Source: an uncultured Deinococcales bacterium
GTDB lineage: Bacteria; Deinococcota; Deinococci; Deinococcales; JAAFIG01
Direction of reading: 5' to 3'
Assembly: GCA_964244895.1 (NCBI GenBank)
Contig: CAXTKV010000069.1
Location: 11,005-22,625 of the forward strand
Length of the DNA: 11,621 nt
The notes under the pieces are model-generated. The model was not told the origin of the DNA, searched no databases, and saw only the letters and a program-made list of their open reading frames with translations. The position numbers and the translations under genes were made by a program. Shown here in pieces: positions 7,109 through 11,621 of the stretch (the first letter of the stretch is position 1; each line of letters begins with the position of its first letter).

Positions 7109-8074
7109 ATGAAAGCGATTGAGCAACTGCGTTCGGGCTTGACGGTCGGGCACGCGAGGCTGGGAAACCACGGTGCTGGCGTGGGCAGCGTCGCGCAGAT
7201 GGTGCACGACGGGGATACGGTCGCGGTCGCGGCATTGGGCAACCTGGGCGTGCGCTTATTGGGCGTGGATGCGCCGGAAATATCGTTCCGGTTGCCGGGG
7301 TCAACCAGCTTCACGTCCATCGGCACGCCCGACTGGGATGCCTTCTTGACCGATCCCTTCGACGCGCGCTGGGGTGCGTTCAGCGCGCCGCTCGAGCCGG
7401 GATTGGTGGCGCACCTGAAAGCGCACCTCGGGGCTGGCGCGGGCGCGAACCACAACCGGCACGCGGTTAACGCGCAGCGCGGCTTCGAGGCCGAAATCCA
7501 GGCCGATCTGGTCATGTTGGGCGAGACCAACGCCGATTTCGAGTTCTTCATCGGGTTCGCCTTCGAGGTGATGGACCGGTACGGGCGCTTGCTGGGCTAC
7601 ATCAACCGCGATCAACCCGCCAGCGCTCCGTCCGCGCCGCGCCCGTTGTCGTACAACGAACGATTGCTGAAACTGGGTCTGGTGACGCCGTATTTCATCT
7701 GGCCGAACGTCGACCCGTTCCGATCCAGGGGTTCAAAAGAGGCCGCCGTGATCCCGCCCCACAAAGCCAGGGACGAGGCGGATCGCAACACGAAATTGCG
7801 CAACGCGCTGGCCTGGGTGCATCAGGCCAGAGAAGACGGCCTGGGATTGTTCAACCCCGCCGGGGACGGCCCGTTGCGCCTGCTGCCCTTCGAGTTGCGT
7901 TTCCTGGCGGGTCGGCGCGCCCCGGATCGCTGGGTGATCGATCTGGACAGCGCCAGCGACGCGCTGATTCACCCGCAACGGTATTACACGATCCCCAAGC
8001 CGGAAAACCGTTTGTTCATCCCATCCGAGTACAGGGCGCTGTTCGAGGCGGCGGGCTGGAGGGCGCAAATGTGA
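7109..8074 (+). CDS. Thermonuclease (staphylococcal nuclease-like) family protein, ~321 aa, no signal peptide
   Basis: SNase motifs VHDGDT, VRLLGVDAPE, DRYGRLLGYI, NERLLKLGLV and AREDGLGLF. RBS GGAGGAG (7099-7105) supports ATG 7109 rather than the ORF-track start at 6971, which lies inside the repeat. Confidence 0.82.
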   Translation: MKAIEQLRSGLTVGHARLGNHGAGVGSVAQMVHDGDTVAVAALGNLGVRLLGVDAPEISFRLPGSTSFTSIGTPDWDAFLTDPFDARWGAFSAPLEPGLVAHLKAHLGAGAGANHNRHAVNAQRGFEAEIQADLVMLGETNADFEFFIGFAFEVMDRYGRLLGYINRDQPASAPSAPRPLSYNERLLKLGLVTPYFIWPNVDPFRSRGSKEAAVIPPHKARDEADRNTKLRNALAWVHQAREDGLGLFNPAGDGPLRLLPFELRFLAGRRAPDRWVIDLDSASDALIHPQRYYTIPKPENRLFIPSEYRALFEAAGWRAQM

Positions 8075-8250
8075 GCCTCGAGGGGCGAGCCGCAAGATTT
8101 GAGGCTCGAGCGAAAGCGTCCTCGAGAGGAGTCGCTGAAGGTCTTTTGGTCAGGGCTCGAGATCACGGTCAATGCACAAGAACACCGTCCAGCACACGAA
8201 GTTGAAAGTGCGTCCTGAACGGTGTTTCTTGCGGCTTGCGGCTCGAGGCT
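8074..8250. repeat. 177-bp segment bounded by imperfect 24-bp inverted repeats (MITE-like or long RNA stem)
   Basis: AGCCTCGAGGGGCGAGCCGCAAGA (8074-8097) matches the reverse complement of 8227-8250 (AGCCTCGAGCCGCAAGCCGCAAGA) at 21/24 positions. Confidence 0.6.
8179..8228. repeat. Palindromic intergenic repeat, copy 4
   Basis: AGAACACCGTCCAGCACAC...GCGTCCTGAACGGTGTTTC, 50 bp, between the convergent nuclease and glyA genes. Confidence 0.88.
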
Positions 8251-8254
8251 TACT

Positions 8255-9496
8255 TCACGGCAGCGGAAACTTCGACGCGAACGCCTTGACTTCGGCCTTG
8301 ATGATTTCGGAATCCTCGCCGTGCAGGGCGCGGTCGATCAACTCGGCGATCTTCGGCATGTCTTTTTCCGTCATGCCGCGCGTGGTCACGGCGGGCGTGC
8401 CGATACGGATGCCGCCGCCGTGCATGATCTTTTCGGTGTCGTAGGGCAGCGTGGATTTGCTGATCGTGATGTGGGCCGCGTCCAGGAGTTTGGTGGCTTT
8501 CGTGCCGTTCAAGCCTTGTGGTCGCAAATCCAGCACGAACAGGTGGTTGTCCGTGCCACCGGAGACCACGCGGTAGCCCCTGGACTGGAATTCAGTCACG
8601 AGCGCGTGGGCGTTCTCGATGATCTGGGCGCTGTAGGTCTTGAATTCGGGTTGTAGGGCTTCCTGAAAGGCGACGGCCTTGCCCGCGATGACGTGTTCCA
8701 GAGGCCCACCCTGCGTGCCGGGAAAAATAGCGCGATCCACCAACGCCGCCACCTCGAGATCGTTCGAGAGGATCAAGCCCGAACGCGGCCCGCGCAGCGT
8801 CTTGTGGGTGGTGCTGGTGACGACGTGCGCGTGCGGTACGGGGCTCGGGTGCAGACCCGCCGCGACCAGTCCGGCGATGTGCGCGATGTCCGCCATCAGG
8901 TACGCGCCGACCTCATCGGCGATCTCTCGGAAGGCGGCAAAATCGAGAATCCGGCTGTAGGCGCTCGCGCCCGCGATGATCATTTTGGGGTTGTGCTCGA
9001 GCGCCAGGGCGCGAACGTCGTTCATGTCCAGGCGTTCCGTGTCCTGACGGATCTTGTAGCCGTGAACGGTGTAGTTCAATCCCGAAAAATTGACCGGGCT
9101 GCCGTGCGTCAGGTGCCCGCCGTGGCTCAAGTCCATGCCCAGCACCACATCGCCGGGTTTCAAGAGCGCGCTGTAGACGGCGATGTTGGCGGATGACCCG
9201 CTGTGCGGTTGCACGTTCGCCCAGGCGGCATGAAAGAGTTCCTTGACGCGTTCGATCGCCAGCGTCTCGACCCGATCCACGACCTCGCAACCGCCGTACC
9301 AGCGCTTACCGGGGTAGCCCTCGGCGTACTTGTTGGTCAGCACGCTGCCGACGGCCCGGCGCACGGCGGCGCTGGTGAAGTTTTCGGACGCGATCAGTTC
9401 CAGCCCCTCGCGCTGGCGGGTCTCTTCGAGTTCGATCAGGTCGAAGATCGGGTCGCGGCTGGTCGCGGTCGGGTTGGGGTGCAGGGTTTGCGTCAT
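8255..9496 (-). CDS. glyA: Serine hydroxymethyltransferase, 413 aa
   Basis: [46 protein letters not shown]-lysine motif [21 protein letters not shown] and [13 protein letters not shown]. Confidence 0.98.
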   Translation of the reverse strand: MTQTLHPNPTATSRDPIFDLIELEETRQREGLELIASENFTSAAVRRAVGSVLTNKYAEGYPGKRWYGGCEVVDRVETLAIERVKELFHAAWANVQPHSGSSANIAVYSALLKPGDVVLGMDLSHGGHLTHGSPVNFSGLNYTVHGYKIRQDTERLDMNDVRALALEHNPKMIIAGASAYSRILDFAAFREIADEVGAYLMADIAHIAGLVAAGLHPSPVPHAHVVTSTTHKTLRGPRSGLILSNDLEVAALVDRAIFPGTQGGPLEHVIAGKAVAFQEALQPEFKTYSAQIIENAHALVTEFQSRGYRVVSGGTDNHLFVLDLRPQGLNGTKATKLLDAAHITISKSTLPYDTEKIMHGGGIRIGTPAVTTRGMTEKDMPKIAELIDRALHGEDSEIIKAEVKAFASKFPLP

Positions 9497-9502
9497 GGCG
9501 CA

Positions 9503-9511
9503 AGTTTAGCA
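9503..9511 (-). promoter_or_regulatory. Extended -10 element (TGC-TAAACT) of a probable leaderless glyA transcript
   Basis: The minus strand reads TGCTAAACT-TGCGCC-ATG, a 6-nt spacing with no SD sequence. Confidence 0.7.
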
Positions 9512-9557
9512 CCGCCACCGGGGACGCGGATTTCTCGAGGTGGTCTCCGGCGTATCG

Positions 9558-9607
9558 AGAACACCGTCTCGGACGCGATTCGTAAACGCTGTCCAGGACG
9601 GTCTTTC
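9558..9607. repeat. Palindromic intergenic repeat, copy 5
   Basis: AGAACACCGTCTCGGACGCG...GTCCAGGACGGTCTTTC, 50 bp, immediately after the microprotein stop codon. Confidence 0.85.
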
Positions 9608-9611
9608 CCAT

Positions 9612-9749
9612 TCAGGTTCGATCCCCGACCGGCAGCGGGTCGCTGGCCGGAAAGGAATCCTCGAGCGCTTCGTCGAGGTGCTCCTCGTCCATCACGGGAT
9701 CGGTGGTGATCGGGTCGCGGTTCAGGGGGGGTTCGGGTTGGTCGGTCAC
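9612..9749 (-). CDS. 45-aa acidic microprotein with LDEALEDSFPASDP motif (absent from the ORF track)
   Basis: GGAGGT RBS 5 nt before GTG 9749. Translation MTDQPEPPLNRDPITTDPVMDEEHLDEALEDSFPASDPLPVGDRT*. GC-rich third codon positions; co-directional with and 34 nt downstream of the usp gene. Confidence 0.8.
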   Translation of the reverse strand: MTDQPEPPLNRDPITTDPVMDEEHLDEALEDSFPASDPLPVGDRT

Positions 9750-9783
9750 GGCGCACCTCCGAACTCGAGCGTAGCGCAATCGC

Positions 9784-10236
9784 TCACGGCTGGGCTTTGG
9801 GATGGATCACCAGAACTGGCGTCTGCGTGCCACGCACCACGCGCTCGGTCACGGAGCCGATCAGCACGCGTTCCAGCCCGCCGCGACCGTGCGTACCCAT
9901 CACGACCAGATCGTGGGTTTTGGCGACTTCCAGGATCGCGTCGGCGGGTCGGGCGTCCTCGGCGATGATCCCGTCGGACTGAACGCCTTCTGCGCTGGCG
10001 CGCTTTTTGGCGGCCTCCAGCGCGCGGTTCGCCAGGGCGCGCAGTTCAGTAGAAACCCGTTCAATGCTGGCGACATCCTCGAAGCCGACCTCTGACCAGG
10101 TGGTGGTGAACGGGTTTTCGATGGCGAACAGGAACGTCACCTGCGCTCCCGCCAGTTTGGCCAGCGCCAGCCCGTGCTGGATGGCGTCGTCGCTGGCTGG
10201 GCTGCCGTCGGTCGGGATCAGAATACGTTGGTACAT
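9784..10236 (-). CDS. Universal stress protein (UspA family, ATP-binding type), 150 aa
   Basis: MYQRILIPTDGS N-terminus and DLVVMGTHGRGGLERVLIGSVTERVVR (G-x2-G-x9-GS ATP motif), ending PVLVI. RBS AGAGGT upstream. Confidence 0.95.
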   Translation of the reverse strand: MYQRILIPTDGSPASDDAIQHGLALAKLAGAQVTFLFAIENPFTTTWSEVGFEDVASIERVSTELRALANRALEAAKKRASAEGVQSDGIIAEDARPADAILEVAKTHDLVVMGTHGRGGLERVLIGSVTERVVRGTQTPVLVIHPKAQP

Positions 10237-10296
10237 GAAGAACCTCTATTTTCTGGCGAGAACTGTCCTGGCGAGAACCGCCCCCGATCATCTTCT

Positions 10297-10327
10297 TCCG
10301 TGGCGCACCGATTGGGTGTGCCACGGA
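10297..10327. promoter_or_regulatory. 13-bp-arm inverted repeat upstream of usp (operator or hairpin)
   Basis: TCCGTGGCGCACC-GATTG-GGTGTGCCACGGA, with one G-T pair. Confidence 0.45.
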
Positions 10328-10390
10328 TAACGCACGCGCCACACTTCTGTCACTCGAGCAGAAACAAATCGCCGATGGCATCGCTGATCT

Positions 10391-10410
10391 GTGCGCTGGA
10401 CGGTATTCTT
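10391..10410. repeat. Palindromic intergenic repeat, copy 6 (right arm only; left arm decayed)
   Basis: GTGCGCTGGACGGTATTCTT matches the right-arm consensus GCGTGCTGGACGGTGTTCT. Confidence 0.7.
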
Positions 10411-10502
10411 GAGCGTAAAACGAGCGTCTGTCGTCTGCGCGACCAGAGAACCGTAGCCGAGACATCACGGACTTTCGGGGCGTGGTAGTAGCTTTCGTGG
10501 GT

Positions 10503-11141
10503 ATGACACAGACGACTGAACCACACACGAAAACCCTGTCCGTCAAGGACGCCATCGAGTCTCGCCGCAGCATCCGCGAGTACGATCCCAACCCGATCCC
10601 GGAAGCGGACATCACCGAAATCTTGCGCCTGACCGGACTCGCGCCATCCTCAAGCAACCTGCAACCCTGGCGTTTCGTGGTCGTGACCAACCCGCAGGTC
10701 AAGGCCCGCGTCCAGGAAGCGGCCTTCAACCAGCGTCAGGTCGGCAACGCGCCCGCCGTGATCGTCGTGCTTGCTGACGGCGAGGACATGCTGGCGCAAC
10801 TCGAGAACACCGCGCACCCGAACATGCAAAACGATCTGCCCGCGCTGGATCGCTACGTCAACGGTACGCGCGCCCGCATGAGCGGTATGCCCGTCGAGGC
10901 GCGAGCCAAATGGGCGTCGGGTCAGGCCTTCATCGCGGTCGGTTACCTGTCGCTGGCCGCTCAGAGCCTGGGCTACGCCACCTCGATCATGGGTGGTTTC
11001 GACCCCAACAAGGTCAAGGCCATCTTGGAGCTTCCCGAGCACGTCGAGGTGGCCGCGTTGGTGACCCTCGGAAAGGCCACCGAAGAGGGCTTCTCGCACC
11101 ACCGTCACCCGGTCGAAGCGATCACGCGCTGGGTCAAGTAA
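10503..11141 (+). CDS. Nitroreductase family flavoprotein, ~212 aa
   Basis: AIESRRSIREY, LAPSSSNLQPWRFVVV, NQRQV, LAAQSLGYATSIMGGFD and LVTLG. ATG 10503 is preferred, with TAGCTT 8 nt upstream. Confidence 0.93.
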   Translation: MTQTTEPHTKTLSVKDAIESRRSIREYDPNPIPEADITEILRLTGLAPSSSNLQPWRFVVVTNPQVKARVQEAAFNQRQVGNAPAVIVVLADGEDMLAQLENTAHPNMQNDLPALDRYVNGTRARMSGMPVEARAKWASGQAFIAVGYLSLAAQSLGYATSIMGGFDPNKVKAILELPEHVEVAALVTLGKATEEGFSHHRHPVEAITRWVK

Positions 11142-11150
11142 ACCGGCAAA

Positions 11151-11213
11151 AAGACCGTCCAGCGCGCGAATCTTGGGCAACAAGAGAACACCGTGCTGGA
11201 CGGTCTTCTCTTG
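11151..11213. repeat. Palindromic intergenic repeat, copy 7 (composite: two left arms, one right arm), probable terminator
   Basis: AAGACCGTCCAGCGCG (11151-11166) and CAAGAGAACACCGT (11181-11194) can each pair with CGTGCTGGACGGTCTTCTCTTG (11192-11213). A T-rich tail follows. Confidence 0.85.
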
Positions 11214-11279
11214 CTATTTCACGGATTGCGCCCGTGGGAATCGTGTGCTGAGCGCACTCACCAAAAGCCCATCAGCACG

Positions 11280-11285
11280 TAGACT
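11280..11285 (+). promoter_or_regulatory. -10 element (TAGACT) of a probable leaderless M42 peptidase transcript
   Basis: TAGACT lies 7 nt before ATG 11293 and there is no SD sequence. Confidence 0.65.
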
Positions 11286-11292
11286 CTCGCGC

Positions 11293-11621
11293 ATGGAATC
11301 ATCAAAACTCGAGTTTTTGACCGAACTGCTGACCGCGCCCGGCCCGAGCGGATTCGAGACGCGCGCGGCGCGCGTCTGGCTGGCGCAAGCGGACAGCTTC
11401 GCCCAGACTTCCAGCGACCACTACGGCAACGCTTACGCCACCATCAACCCGGACGCGGCCTTGCGCGTGCTGCTGGTCGGTCACATCGACGAGATCGGAC
11501 TGATGGTCACGCACGTGGACAACGACGGCTTCGCGTACTTCTCGCAGCTCGGCGGTTGGGACGCGCGCGTGCTGGTCGGGCAGCGCGTGCGCCTGATGGC
11601 GCGGGACGGCGATTTGATCGG
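11293..11621 (+). CDS. M42 family metallo-aminopeptidase, 5' partial (runs off the window)
   Basis: MESSKLEFLTELLTAPGPSGFE...DHYGN...LLVGHIDEIGLMVTHVDNDGF...LGGWDARVLVGQRV, containing the M42 motifs GPSGFE, HxDEIG and GGWD. Not in the ORF track because there is no stop within the window. Confidence 0.92.
   Translation, partial: MESSKLEFLTELLTAPGPSGFETRAARVWLAQADSFAQTSSDHYGNAYATINPDAALRVLLVGHIDEIGLMVTHVDNDGFAYFSQLGGWDARVLVGQRVRLMARDGDLI

Noticed and set aside
9497..9611. Riboswitch (ZTP/THF) upstream of glyA
   Set aside because: glyA appears leaderless, and the upstream structure is repeat copy 5.
9611..9630. GGTTCGATCCCC resembling a tRNA T-arm
   Set aside because: No acceptor, D or anticodon stems can be built around it, and it lies within the microprotein's 3' end.
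9493..9968. ORF-track calls 9493..9756 (-) and 9540..9968 (+)
   Set aside because: They run through repeat copy 5 and have no RBS. The 9612..9749 frame has a strong RBS and a recognisable motif.
10800..10812. CTCGAGAACACCG inside the nitroreductase gene, resembling the repeat's left end
   Set aside because: There is no partner arm and it is explained by the codons for LENT.
839..11213. Palindromic repeats as a CRISPR array or integron attC sites
   Set aside because: They are separated by whole genes in both orientations, including glyA. There are no regular short spacers, no cas or integrase gene, and no RYYYAAC/GTTRRRY core sites.

Overview
GC-rich bacterial chromosomal segment, most likely Deinococcota. 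This is inferred from leaderless TANNNT promoters 6-8 nt before start codons, an unusual GlyA C-terminus and abundant CTCGAG. Gene order: PlsC-family acyltransferase (+), lipoprotein alpha/beta-hydrolase-fold protein lacking the catalytic His (+), 1098-aa wHTH/BTAD-STAND ATPase-TPR regulator (+), lipoprotein S8 subtilase (+), enlarged signal-peptide-less thermonuclease-like protein (+), glyA (-), a 45-aa 'SFPASDP' microprotein missing from the ORF track (-), universal stress protein (-), nitroreductase (+), and the 5' part of an M42 peptidase (+). Three things stand out. (1) The STAND regulator and S8 protease share a low-GC segment covering the TPR sensor and the protease N-terminus, which suggests a swappable sensor/protease specificity module. 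(2) A family of ~50-bp palindromic repeats with compensatory changes occurs in seven intergenic regions; one copy is a perfect 50-bp palindrome and one is nested in a larger inverted repeat. (3) CTCGAG is roughly ten-fold over-represented by hand count. All counts and GC values are manual and approximate, and no database searches were run.
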